A stretch of 39,102 nt of DNA, taken from NCBI RefSeq assembly GCF_004010195.1, contig NW_025214965.1, positions 17,432 to 56,533 of the forward strand, read 5' to 3'. Source of the DNA: Chiloscyllium plagiosum (lineage: Eukaryota). Position numbers and translations under genes: made by a program. This document shows positions 11,301-24,226 of the stretch, one piece after another (within the stretch, counting starts at the first letter, position 1; the number at the start of each line of letters is the position of its first letter). The notes under the pieces were generated by a model. It searched no databases and was not told the DNA's origin. It saw nothing but the letters and a program-made list of their open reading frames with translations.

Positions 11301-14300
11301 GATTGAAACGTTACTCATTGATTCATTGTCTTGAACTTAACACACTCATTTACTGAAACAGACTGCATTCATTCATTCATTGAAGGAAACTTCAACCGTA
11401 CAAGCAATGAAACAACCGTTAGTCATTTATTGAGTGAAACAAACTTAACTCATTCTGTTAGTGAATCTAACTGAATTCATTCTTTCGATGAACGTGTGAA
11501 TTCAATGAGTGCAGTTTCTGTCATTCTTTCAATTTATCCACCTTAAATCACCTATCAGTGAAACAAACTGCATTCATTCCTTCATTGAATCAAACTTCAA
11601 CCGTAACTTCAATGAATGAAACGTTATTCATTGATTCAATGAAATACGCTTAACAGTCATTTAATGATTCCAACTGCAGTTCATACTTTCATTGAATCAA
11701 TCACCCCGATTCAATGAATCCAACTGCATCTGTTAATTCAATGTGTATAGCGTCTCTCACTTATTCAATTTCTGAGTTAAGGCACTCATTCAATGGAACA
11801 TTCAGCATTCATTCATTCATTGAATCAAACTTCAACCGTACTTTCAATAAATGAAAGGTTACTCATTAATTCTTTGTCTTGTACTTAACACACTCATTCA
11901 ATGAAACAGACTGCATTCATTTGTTCATTAAAAGAAACTTCAATCGTACAAGCAATGAAACAACTGTTATTCATTTATCGAGTGAAACAAACTTAACTCA
12001 TTCAGTTAATGAAACGAACTGCATTCATTCTTTCAATATATCAAACATACTAATTCAATGAAAGGAACTGAACGTGAAAATTAAATGAGTACAGCTTCTG
12101 TCGTTCATTCAATTTCTCCACCTTAACTCACTCATTCAATGAAACAAACTGCATTCATTCCTTCATTGAATCACACATCAACCGTAACTTCAATGATTGA
12201 AACGTTATTCATTGATTCAATGAAACACACTTCACACAGTCATTTAATGAATCCAACTGCATTTCATTATTTCATTGAATCAAACCGTTATTCATTTATC
12301 GAGTTAAACAAACTTAAGTCATTCAGTTAATGAAACTACCTGCATTAATTCTTTCAATATATCAAACTGCACTTAGCACTTCAATGAAAGGGACTGAAGG
12401 TGTAAATTCAATGACTACAGCTTCTGTTGATCATTCAATTTCTCCACCTAAACTCACTCATTCAATGAAAGTTGTATAAGACTCTGGTGCGGCCACATCT
12501 GGAGTATTGTGTGCAGTTTTGGTCGCCGTACTATAGGAAGGATGTGGAGGCACTGGAACGGGTGCAGAAGAGGTTTACCAGGATGTTGCCTGGTATGGTA
12601 GAAAGATCGTATGAGGAAAGGCTGAGGCACTTGGGGTTGTTTTCATTGGAGAAAAGAAGGTTTAGGGGTGACTTGACAGAGGTGTACAAGATGATTAGGG
12701 GTTTAGATAGAGTCGACAGTGAGAATCTTTTTCCTGCCGAAGGGCCTGTACTGCGCTGTATTCTTCTATGTTCTATGTTCTATGAAACACAGTGCATTCA
12801 TTCCTTCATTGAATCAAACTTCAACCGTAACTTCAATGAATGAAACGTTATTCATTCATCCAATGAAATACACTGAACACAGTCATTTAATGAATCCAAC
12901 TGCATTTCATTCTTTCATTGAATCAAACTCACCGATTCAATGAATCCTACTGCATCTTTTAATTCAATCTGTAGAGTGTCTCTCACTCATTCAATTTCTT
13001 GGGCTTAACGCACTCATTCAATGGAACCAACGGCATTCATTCATTCATTGAATCAAACATCAACCGTACATTCAATGAATGAAACGTTACTCATTAATTC
13101 TTTGTCTTGAACTTAACACACTCATTCAATGAAACTGCATTCATTCGTTCATTAAAAGAAACTTCAATCGTACAATCGATGAAACAAACGTTATTCATTT
13201 ATCGAGTGAAACAAACTTAACTCATTCAGTTAATGAAATTAACTGCATTCATTCTTTGAATATATCAAACTGCACTTACCACTTCAATGAAAGGAACTGA
13301 ACGTGAAAATTCAATGAGTACAGCTTCTGACGTTCATTCAATTTCTCCACCTTAACTCACTCATTCAATGAAACAAACTGCATTCACTCCTTCATTAAAT
13401 CAAACTTCAATCGTAACTTCAATAAATGAAACATTATTCATTGATTCAATGAAACACACTTAACACAGTCATGTAATGAATCCAACTGCATTTCATTATT
13501 TCATTCAATCAACCACACCGCTTCAATGAAACTACTGCATCTGTTAATTCAATGTGTAGAGCACCTCTTAGTCATTCAATTTCTTGAGCTTAACGCACTC
13601 ATTCAATGGAACCAACGGCATTCATTCATTCATTGAATCAAAATTCAATCGTACATTAAATGATTGAAACGTTACTCATTGATTCATTGTCTTGAACTTA
13701 ACACACTCATTCACTGAACCAGACTGCATTCATTCATTCATTGAAGGAAACTTCAACCGTACAAGCAATGAAACAACCGTTAGGCATTTATCGAGTGCAA
13801 CAAACTTAACTCATTCAGTTAATGAATCTAACTGAATCCATTCTTTCGATGAACGTGTGAATTCAATGAGTACAGTTTCTGTCATTCTTTCAATTTATCC
13901 ACCTTAACTCACCTATTCAATGAAACAAACTGCATTCATTCCTTCATTGAATCAAACTTCAACCGTAACTTCAATGAATGAGACGTTATTCATTGATTCA
14001 ATGAAGCGCACTTAACAGTCATTTAATGATTCCAACTGCAGTTCATACTTTCATTGAATCAATCACCCCGATTAAATGAATCCAACTGCATCTGTTAATT
14101 CAATGTGTAGAGTGTCACTCACTGATTTAATTTCTTAAGCTTAAAGCACTCATTAAATGGAACCAACGGCATTCATTCCTTCATTGAATCAAACTTCAAC
14201 CGTAACTTCAATGAATGAAACGTTATTCATTGATTCAATGAAACACACTTAACACAGTAATCTAATGAATCCATCTGCAGTTCATTCTTTCATTGAATCA

Positions 14301-17300
14301 AACTCACCGATTGCATCTGTTACCCAACCAATCTGTTAACCAACTGCATCTGTTAATTCAATGTGTATAGCGTCTCTCACTCATTCAATTTCTGAGTTAA
14401 CGCTCTCATTCAATGGAACGTTCGGCATTCAATCATTCATTGAATCAAACTTCAGCCGTACTTTCAATGAATGAAAGGTTACTCATTAATTCTCTGTCTT
14501 GTACATAACACACTTATTCAATGAAACAGACTGCATTCATTCGTTCATTAAAAGAAACTTCAATTGTACAAGCAATGAAACAACCGTTATTCATTTATCG
14601 AGTGAAACAAACTTAACTCATTCAGTTAATGAGTACAGCTTCTGTCGTTCATTCAATTTCTCCACCTTAACTCATCATTCAATGAAACAAACTGCATTCA
14701 TTCCTTCATTGAATCACACATCAACTGTAACTTCAATGATTGAAACGTTATTCATTGATTCAATGAAACACACTTAACACAGTCATTTAATGAATCCAAC
14801 TGCATTTCATTATTTCATTGAATCAAACCGTTATTCATTTATCGAGTTAAACAAACTTAAGTCATTCAGTTAATGCAACTAACTGCATTCATTCTTTCAA
14901 TATATCAAACAGCACTTACCACTTCAATGAAAGGGACTGAAGGTGTAAATTCAATGACTACAGCTTCTGTTGATCATTCAATTTCTCCACCTAAACTCAC
15001 TTATTCAATGAAACAAAGTACATTCATTCCTTCATTGAATCAAACTTCAACTGTAACTTCAATGAATGAAACGTTATTCATTGATTCAATGAAACACACT
15101 TAACACAGTCATGTAATGAATCCAACTGCCATTCATTCTTTCATTGAATCAAACTCACCGATTCAATGAATCCAACTGCATCTTTTAATTCAATGTGTAG
15201 AGCTTCTCTCACTCATTCAATTTCTTGTGCTTTACGCACTCATTCAATGGAACCAACAGCATTCATTCATTCATTGAATCAAACATCAACCGTACATTCA
15301 ATGAATGAAACGTTACTCATTAATTCTTTGTCTTGAACTTAACACACGCATTCAATGAAACAGACTGCATTCATTCGTTCATTAAAAGAAACTTCAATCG
15401 TACAGGCAATGAAACAACCGTTATTCATTTATAGGGTGAAACAAACTTAACTCCTTCTGTTAATGAAACTAACTGCATTTATTCCTTCAATATATCAAAC
15501 TGCACTTATTCTTTCAATGAAAGGAACTGAACGTGTAAATTCAATGAATACAGCTTCTGTCGTTCAAACAGTTTCTCCACCTTAACTCACTCATTCAATG
15601 AAACAAACTGCATTCATTCCTTCATGAATCAAACTTCAACCGTAACTTCAATGAATGAAACATTATTCCTTGATTCAATGAAACACACGTAACACAGTCA
15701 TGTAATGAATCCAACTGCATTTCATTCTTTCATTGAATCAAACTCACCGATTCAACGAATCTAACTGCATCTTTTAATTCAATGTGTAGAGCGTCTCTCA
15801 CTCATTCAATTTCTTGAGTTTAACGCACTCATTCAATGGAACCAACGGCATTCATTCATTCATTGAATCATACTCCAACCGTACATTAAATGATTGAAAC
15901 GTTACTCATTGATTCATTGTCTTGAACTTCAACCGTAACTTCAATGAATGAAATGTTGATCATTGATTCAATGAAGCACACTTTACACAGTCATTTAATG
16001 AATCCAACTGCATTTCATTCTTTCATTGAATCAAACTCAAGGATTCAACGAATCCAACTGCATCTTTTAATTCAATGTGTTGAGCGTCTCTCACTCATTC
16101 AATTTCTTGAGTTTAACGCACTCATTCAATGGAACCATCGGCATTCATTCATTCATTGTATCAAACTTCAACCGTACATTCAAAGAATAAAACGTTACTC
16201 ATTGATTCATTGTCTTGAACTTAACACACTCATTCAATGAAACAGACTGCATTCATTCGTTCATTAAAAGAAACTTCAATCGTACAAGCAATGAAACAAC
16301 CGTTATTCATTTATCGACTGAAACAAATTTAATTCATTCAGTTAATGAAACTAACTGCATTAATTCTTTCAATGTATCAAACTGCACTTACTAATTCAAT
16401 GAAAGGAAGTGAAAGTGTAAATTCAATCAGTACTGATTCTGTCGTTCATTCAATATCTCCACCTTAAGTCACTCATTCAATGAAACAAACTGCATTCATT
16501 TCTTCATTGAATCAAACTTCAACCGTAACTTAAATGAATGAAACGTTATTCATTGATTCAATGAAACACACTTAACACAGTCATGTAATGAATCCAACTG
16601 CATTTCAGTCTTTCATTGAATCAAACTCATCGATTCAATGAATCCAATTGCATCTTTTAATTCCATGTGTCGAGCGTCTCTCACTCATTCAATTTCTTGA
16701 GCTTAACGCACTCATTCAATGGAACCAACGGCATTCATTCATTCATTGAATCAAACTTCAACCGTACATTCAATGAATGAAATGTTACTCATTAATTCTT
16801 TGTCTTGAACTTAACACACTCATTCAATGAAACAGACTGCATTCATTCGTTCATTAAAAGAAACTTCAATCGTAAAAGCAATGAAACAAACGTTATACAT
16901 TTATCGAGTAAAACAAATTTAACTCATTCAGTTAATGAAACTAACTGCATTCATTCTTTCAATATCTCAAACTGCACTTACTAATTCAATGAAAGGAACT
17001 CAACGTGAAAATTCAATGAGTACAGCTACAGTCGTTCATTCAATTTCTCCAACTTTACACACTCATTCAATGAAACAAACTGCTTTCATTCCGTCATTGA
17101 ATCAAACTTCAACCGTAACTTCAATGAATGAAACGTTATTCATTGATTCAATGAAACACACTTCACACCGTCATTTAATGAATCCAACTGCATTTCAGTC
17201 TTTCATTGAATCAAACTCACCGATTCAACGAATCCAACTGCATCTTTTAATTCAATGTGTAGAGCGTCTCTCACTCATTCAATTTCTTGAGCTTCATGCA

Positions 17301-18654
17301 CTCATTCAATGGAACCAACGGCATTCATTCATTCATTGTATCAAACATCAACCGTACATTCAATAAATGAAATGTTACTCATTAATTCTTTGTCTTGAAC
17401 TTAACACACTCTTTCAATGAAACAGACTGCATTCATTCGTTCATTAAAAGAAACTTCAATCGTCCAAGCAATGAAACAACCGTTATTCATTTATCGAGTG
17501 AAACAAACTTAACTCATTCTGTTAATGAATCTAGCTGAACTCATTCTTTCGGTGAAACCCACTGCACTCTCCGATTCAATGATACCAATTGAATGAATAG
17601 AGCTTGTCTCATTCTTTGAATTTCTAGATCTTAACAGTCTCTTTTGCTGAAACAAATGGTGTTTATTCATTCAATCAAACTTCAATCGTGCATTCAACGA
17701 AACAAACTGTATTCATTGATTCTTTGAAAAAGACATCCCACATTCATTTAAAGATTCTAACTGCAGTCATTCTTTCAATGTATCAAACTGCACTTACTAA
17801 TTCAATGAAAGGAACTGAACGTGTGAATTCAATGAGTACAGCTTCTGTCGTTCATTTAATTTCTCCACCTTAACTCACTCATTCAATGAAACAAACTGCA
17901 TTCATTCCTTCATTGAATCAAACTTCAACCGTAACTTCAATGAATGAAATGTTATTCATTGATTCAATGAAACACACTTAACACAGTCATTTAATGAATC
18001 CATCTGCATTTCATTCTTTCATTGAATCAAACTCACCGATTGCATCTATTAACCAACCAATCTGTTAACCAACTGCATCTGTTAATACAATGTGTATAGC
18101 GTCTCTTATTCATTCAATTTCTTGACTTAACAGCACTCATTCAATGGAACAGACTGCATTCATTCGTTCATTAAAAGAAACTTCAATCGTACAAGCAACG
18201 AAACAACCGTTAGTCATTTATCGAGTGAAACAAACTTAACTCATTCAGTTGATGAATCTAACTGAATTCATTCTTTCGATGGCACCCACTGCACTCTCCG
18301 ATTCAATGATGCCAACTGCACCTGATTATTGAATGAATAGAGCTTGTCGTATTCATTGAATTTCTCGATCTTAACAGACTCTTTTGCTGAAACAAACGGT
18401 GTTCATTCATTCAATCAAACTTCAATCGTGCATTGAATGAACCAAACTGTATTCATTGATTCAATGAAAAAGACTTCCCACATTCATTTAAAGAATCCAA
18501 CTGCAGTCATTCTTTTAATGTATCAAACTGCACTCACTAATTCAATGAAAGGAACTGAACGTGTGAATTCAATGAGTACAGCTTCTGTCTTCATTCAATT
18601 TTTCCACCTTAACTCACTCATTCAATGGAACAAACTGCATTCATTCCTTCATTG
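5354..18654 (+). repeat. AT-rich 27-bp-based satellite, forward orientation; homogeneous ~590-bp higher-order repeat from ~6110 to 18654
   Basis: AAAC-type motifs recur every 27 bp (16487, 16514, 16541, 16568, 16595). The landmark TCATTAAAAGAAACTTCAATCG occurs at 16261, 16851 and 17441 (590-bp spacing). Subunits start at 16221, 16464, 16703 and 16811 (243, 239 and 108 bp). Confidence 0.95.
12471..12781 (+). mobile_element. 5'-truncated, internally deleted CR1-clade LINE fragment with 6-bp TSD ATGAAA
   Basis: Encodes YKTLVRPHLEYCVQFWSPYYRKDVEALERVQKRFTRMLPG (CR1 ORF2 C-terminal region) and ends in a (TTCTATG)n tail. ATGAAA lies at 12465-12470 and 12782-12787. Empty paralogous sites occur at ~10440 and ~15008. 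Confidence 0.95.
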
Positions 18655-20073
18655 TAGTTTAATTCTCAGAATGAATGTATGCAATTTGTTTCAGTAAATA
18701 AATGAGTGCAGTTTGATTCATTAAATGTAAAATTCAAGTTTGCTTCATTGAATGACGTTGATTCATTGAAAGATAAATGTAGTTTGATTGGATGAAGGTA
18801 TGAGTTACGTTTGTTTCATTGAATTAATGAATAACGTTTAATTCATTGAATGCATGATTGAACTTTGTTTCAAAGAATGAATTTGATTGTAGTTTGATTC
18901 TTTGAATGAATGAGTTAAGCTCGATACATTGAATGAATGCGAGAAGCTCTACTCATTGAATTCACAATTGCAGTTTTATTGACTGAAGGAATGAGTGCAG
19001 TTCGATTCAAAGAATGAATGAATGCAGTTTGTTTCAGTAAATATATGAGTGTAATTTGATTAATTATATGTATGACTTAATTTTGTTTCATCGAAACAAT
19101 AAATAATGGTTGATTCCTTAATTGAATGTTTGAAGTTTGATTCAATGAATGAAAAAATGCAGTTTGATTCGTTGAAATTATGAATTACGTTTGTTGCATT
19201 GAATCAATGAATAACGTTTGATTCAAAGAAAGTCCGATAGAAGTTTGATTCAGTCAATGAATGAATGGGCAGATTGATTCGTTTAAATTATGAGTTACTT
19301 TTGCTTCATGGAATCAGTCAATAACGTTTGATTCATTGCATGAAAGATTGAAGTTTGGTACAATGAATGAATGCATGCGGTTTGTTTCATTGGATGAATG
19401 TGTTAAGCACGAGACATTGAATTAATGAGATAAGCTCTACCCATTGAATTAATACGTGCAGTTTGTCCTATTGAATGATTGAGTGCAGTTTGAATCAGTG
19501 AATGAATGAATGCAGTTTGGTTCTTTGAGTGAATTACTTAAGCTTGAAACATTGAATGATGAGAGGAGCTCTACTCATTGTATTCACACGAGCAATTTGT
19601 TTCATTGAATGTTTGAATGCCGTTGAATTTATAAAATGAATGTGTTAAGTTTGTTTCATTGTGTGAATGAATAACGTTTGATTCAGCAAATGTGCGATTG
19701 AAGTTTGACTCAATGAACGAATGACAGCAGTTTGTTTTATTGAATGAATGCGTTAAGGGCATGACAATGAATTGGTGAGATAAGCTCTACTCATTGAATT
19801 AACACGTGCAGTTTGTTTCATTGAATAAATGAGTGCAGTTTGTATCACTGATTGAATTAATGAACACACTTTGTTTCAGAAAATATGAGAGTGCAGTTTG
19901 ATTCATTAAATGTATGAGTTAAGTTTGTTTTATTGAATTAGTACATAACGTTGGATTCATTGAATGATAAAAGGTTGATTCATTGAGTGAATGAATGCAG
20001 GTTGATGCAGTAAAATATGAGTTACGTTTGTTTCATTGAAATAATGAATAACGCTTGATTCAATGAATGAATG
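18655..20073 (-). repeat. 27-bp-based satellite, inverted block
   Basis: Motifs read as the reverse complement (TGCAGTTTGATTCATTGAA, AACGTTTGATTC, AAGCTCTACTCATTGAA). Confidence 0.92.
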
Positions 20074-20446
20074 ACATAGAACATGAAACATAGAAAAAGG
20101 ACAGCACAGAACAGGCCTTTCGGCCCAAGATGTTGTGCCGAGACTTAATTCCAATGTAAAATACAGTAACTATACCTCCCCACCCCTCAACTCACTGCTA
20201 TCTATGTACAATGACTTCGCCTCCAGTACCTCAGCTGGCCACACATTCCATACATTCACAACTCTCTGTGTAAAGAACCTACCTCTGATGTTTCCTCTAT
20301 ACATTCGTCCTAATATCTTCAAACCATGACTTCTCGTACCAGTCAATCCTGCCCTGGGGAAAAATCTCTGGCTATTGTCTCTATCTATTCCTCTCCTTAT
20401 TTTGTTCTCCTCGATCATGTCTCCGGAAAAGTCCGAACTTTTTAAC
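20074..20446 (-). mobile_element. CR1-clade LINE 3' fragment (decayed, with internal deletions)
   Basis: The minus strand encodes RRGIDRDNSQRFFPRAG...RGRFFTQRVVNVWN, has a GGCC-GAAA-GGCC stem-loop and a degenerate TTCTATG tail at ~20074-20094. It is homologous to 23253-23805. Confidence 0.9.
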
Positions 20447-21790
20447 TCATTCATTCAATGAATCAAACTACATTCATTCATTCATTGAATCAAACTTCAA
20501 ATTCAATGAATCAAACGATATTCATTGATTCGATGAAACAAACTTAAGTCACACATTTAATCATTTAAACTGCATTCATTCGTTCAATGAATCAAACGTT
20601 ATTCTTTGATTCAATGAAACTAACTTAACTAATTCTTTCAATGAATCAAACATCACCCAACAATTCAGTGAACAAAAGTCCAGTCATTCAATGAAACGCA
20701 CTGCACATGTTCATTCACTGAGTAGAGTATCAGTCAATCATTCCATGTCTCGAGTTTGATTCATTCATTTAAAGAATCAAACTTCAATCGTTCATTCATT
20801 GCAAACAAACGTTATTCGTTAATTCAATTTAGCAAACTTAACTTATTCATTCAACGAATCAAACTGCTTTCATTCATTCACTCAACGAAACAAACTGCAC
20901 GTGTTAATTCAATGAGTATAGCTTTTTCCGTTCATTCAATGTGTCGAGCTTAATGCATTTAATCAAAGAAACAAGCTTTATTCATTCATTCTTTGAATCA
21001 AACGTCAATGAATTCATCGCTTCATTGAAACAAACTTAACTCATACATTTAAAGAATCAAACTGCATTCATTCATTTCATGATTCAAACTTCACTCAATC
21101 TTTCAATGAATCAAACTGCATTAATTCATTCATTTCATGAAGCAAACAGTACTCATTCATTCAATGAAACGCACTGCATGTGATCATTCAATGAGTAGAC
21201 CTTCTCTTATTCATTCAATGTCTCGAGCTTAACTCATTCATTCAGAGAATCAAACTACATTCATTCATTCATTGAATCAAACTTCAAACTTCAAATTCAA
21301 TGAAACAAATGATATACACTGATTCGATTAAACAAACTTAAGTCACACATTTAGTGAAACAAACTGCATTCATTCAATTAATGAATCTAACTGCATTCAT
21401 TCGTTCAATGAATCAAACGTTTGATTGAATGAATAAATTGAATTGAACTTAACTAATTCTTTCAATGAATCAAATGTCACACAACAATTGAATAAATTAA
21501 ACTGCGCTCATTCATTAAATGGAACGCACTGCATGTGTTCATTCAATGAGTAGAGTATCGGTCATTCATTCCACGTCTCGAGCTTGAACCGTTTATTCAA
21601 AGAATCAACTACAATAATTAATTTAATGAACCAAACTTCAATCGTTCATTCATTGTAACCAAGCGTTATTCATTGATTCAATGTAACAAACTTAACTCAT
21701 GCATTTAATGAGAGAAACTGCATTCATGCATTTCATGAAACAAACTGCATTCATTCATTTCATGAATCAAACTTCACTCATTCATTTAAG
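20447..21790 (+). repeat. 27-bp-based satellite, forward block (diverged)
   Basis: Forward motifs TCAATGAATCAAACT and GCATTCATTC; internal paralogy between ~20450-20760 and ~21230-21590. Confidence 0.88.
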
Positions 21791-23252
21791 CTTGAGACTT
21801 TGAATGAATGAGAGAAGCTCCACTGAATTAACACCTGCAGTTTGTTTCGTTGAATTAATGAAGGCAGTTGGTTCCTTTAAAAGAATGTATTAAGTTTGTT
21901 TCATTGAATCAATAACTAACATTTGATTCGTTGAATGAATGCTAAAAGGTTGATTCATTGAATGAATGAATGAATGCAAGTTGATTCATTAAAATATGAG
22001 CTATGTTTGTTTCATTGAATCGATGAATAATGTTTGATTCAATGAATGAACCACTGAAGTTTCATTCAATTAATTAATGAATGTGGTTTGATTCGTTGAA
22101 ATTATGAGTTACGTTTGTTTCATTGAAACAATGAATAGCGTTTGATTCAATTAATGAATTAATGCAGTTTGTTTCATTGAATTAATGCGTTAAGCTCGAG
22201 TCATTCGATTAATGAGATAATTATATTTATTATATTCATTATATACTCATTATATTAACACGTGCGGTTTGTTTTCATTGAATGAATGAGTGCAGTTTTA
22301 TTCACTGACTGAATAAAAGAATGCAGTTTTTTTCAGTAAATAAATGAGTGCAGTTTGATTCATTAAATATATGAATTAACTTTGTTGGATTGAATCAATA
22401 ATTTACGTTTGTATCTTTGGATGAATTATTGTAGATTGATTCATTGAATGAATGAATGCAGTTTGACTCTTTGAATGAATGAATTAAGCTTGAGACTTTG
22501 ACTGAGAGAAGCTCTACTCATTGAATTAACAGGTGCAGTTTGTTGCTTTGAATGACTGAGTGCTGTTTGATTCATTGAAAGAATGAAGGCAGTTGGTTTC
22601 TTTAAAAGAATGTGTTAAGTTTGTTTCTCTGAATGAATGAATAACGTTTGATTCATTGAATGTACGATTGAATTTTGATTCAATGATTGAATTAATGCAG
22701 TTTGCTTCCTTGAATAAAGGCTTTAAGCTCGAGACAATGAATTAATGAGATAAGTTCTACTCATTGAATTAACACGTGCAGTTTGTTTCATTGAATGAAT
22801 GAATGCAGTTTGTTTCACGTTTGATTCATTGCATGGATGATTGAAGTTTGATTCAATGAATGCAGTTTGTTTCTTTGACTGAATTACTTAAGCTGGAGAC
22901 ATTGAATGATGAGAGAATCTCTACTCATTGCATTAACACAATTAGTTTGTTTCATTCACTGAATGAATGCCGTTGGATTCAAAAGATGAATGTGCTAAGT
23001 TTGTTTCATTGTGTGAATGAATAACGTTTGATTCAGCAAATGTGCGATTGAAGACTGATTAAACGAACGAATGTAAGCAGTTTGTTTCATTGACTGAATG
23101 AGTTAAGCGTGAGACATTGAATGAATGAGATAAGGTCATCCCATTGAATTCACACCTGTGGTTTGTTTCATTTAATGAATGAGTGCAGTTTGAATCACTG
23201 AATTAATTACTTAAGCTGGAGACATTGAACGATTAGAGAAGCTCTGCTCATT
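21791..23252 (-). repeat. 27-bp-based satellite, inverted block
   Basis: Reverse-complement motifs start at the AAGCTT at 21788-21793. Confidence 0.88.
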
Positions 23253-23805
23253 CATAGTATAGTAACTTAACCTACGCACTCCTCAATTCACTGCTATCCA
23301 TGTGAATGTCCAGCAGTCGCTTAAATGTCCCCAATGACTTCGCTTCTACCACCTTAGCTGGCCAAGCATTCCATGCATTCACAACTCTCTGCGTAAAGAA
23401 TCTATCGCTGATGTCTCCTTTCCCTTCCTGCTAATATCTTCAAACTATGACTTCTCACACCAGTTAATCCAGTCCTGGGGAAAAGTCTCTGGCTATTGAT
23501 TCTACCTATTCCTCTCATTATTTTGTACACCTCAATCAGGTCTCCTCTCTTCCTCCTTTTCTCCAGAAAGAAAAGTCCGAGCTTATTCAACCATCCTTCA
23601 TAAGACAAGCCCTGCAGTCCAGGCAGCATCCTGGTAAATCTTCTTAGCACCCTCTTCAAAGTCTCTGTATCTTTCCTAAAATAGGGCGATCAGAACCGGA
23701 CACAATATTCCAAGTGTGGTCTCACCAGGGACTAGTAGAGCTCACGGCTCTTAAACTCGATACCCCTGATAATGAAAGCCAAAACACCATATGCTTTCTT
23801 AACAA
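23253..23805 (-). mobile_element. CR1-clade LINE ORF2 C-terminal fragment with most of the 3' terminus missing
   Basis: The minus strand encodes VKKAYGVLAFIIRGIEFKSRE, RPHLEYCVRF and RRFTRMLPGLQGLSYEGWLNKLGLFFLEKRRKRGDLIEVYKIMRG. A possible degenerate TSD is CTCTGCTCATT (23242-23252) / CTCTACTCGTT (23820-23830). Confidence 0.9.
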
Positions 23806-24098
23806 TTAAACTTCACTCACTCTACTCGTTGAATAAACATGAGCAGTTTGAGTCTCGGAATTAATGTATGCAATTTATTTCAGTAAACTGCATTTATTCT
23901 TTCATTGAAACACACTTCAATCGTATATTCAATGAATCAAACATTCTTTTATTGAGTGACACAAACGTATCACATTCATTTCATGAATCGAACTGTATTC
24001 ATTCTTTCAATGATTTAAAACTACATGTGTTAATTCAATGAGTAGAGCTTCTCTCATTCATTCAATTTCTTGATCTTAACGCACTCATTCAATGAAAG

Positions 24099-24226
24099 AA
24101 ACTGCATTCATTCATTGAATGAATCAAACTGCACTCATTTATTTACTGTAACAAACTGCATTCATTCATTGAATGAATCAAACTGCACTCATTTATTTAC
24201 TGTAACAAACTGCATTCATTCATTGA
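24099..24226 (+). repeat. Perfect recent tandem duplication of a 54-bp (2 x 27) unit
   Basis: AAACTGCATTCATTCATTGAATGAATCAAACTGCACTCATTTATTTACTGTAAC at 24099 and 24153, with a partial third copy at 24207. Confidence 0.9.

Noticed and set aside
6541..18697. Short ORFs with 9-aa periodicity (SMKQTAFIH / FNESNCIHS-like)
   Set aside because: These are translations of the 27-bp satellite unit, which has two open frames. They are frequently interrupted and recur in every monomer.
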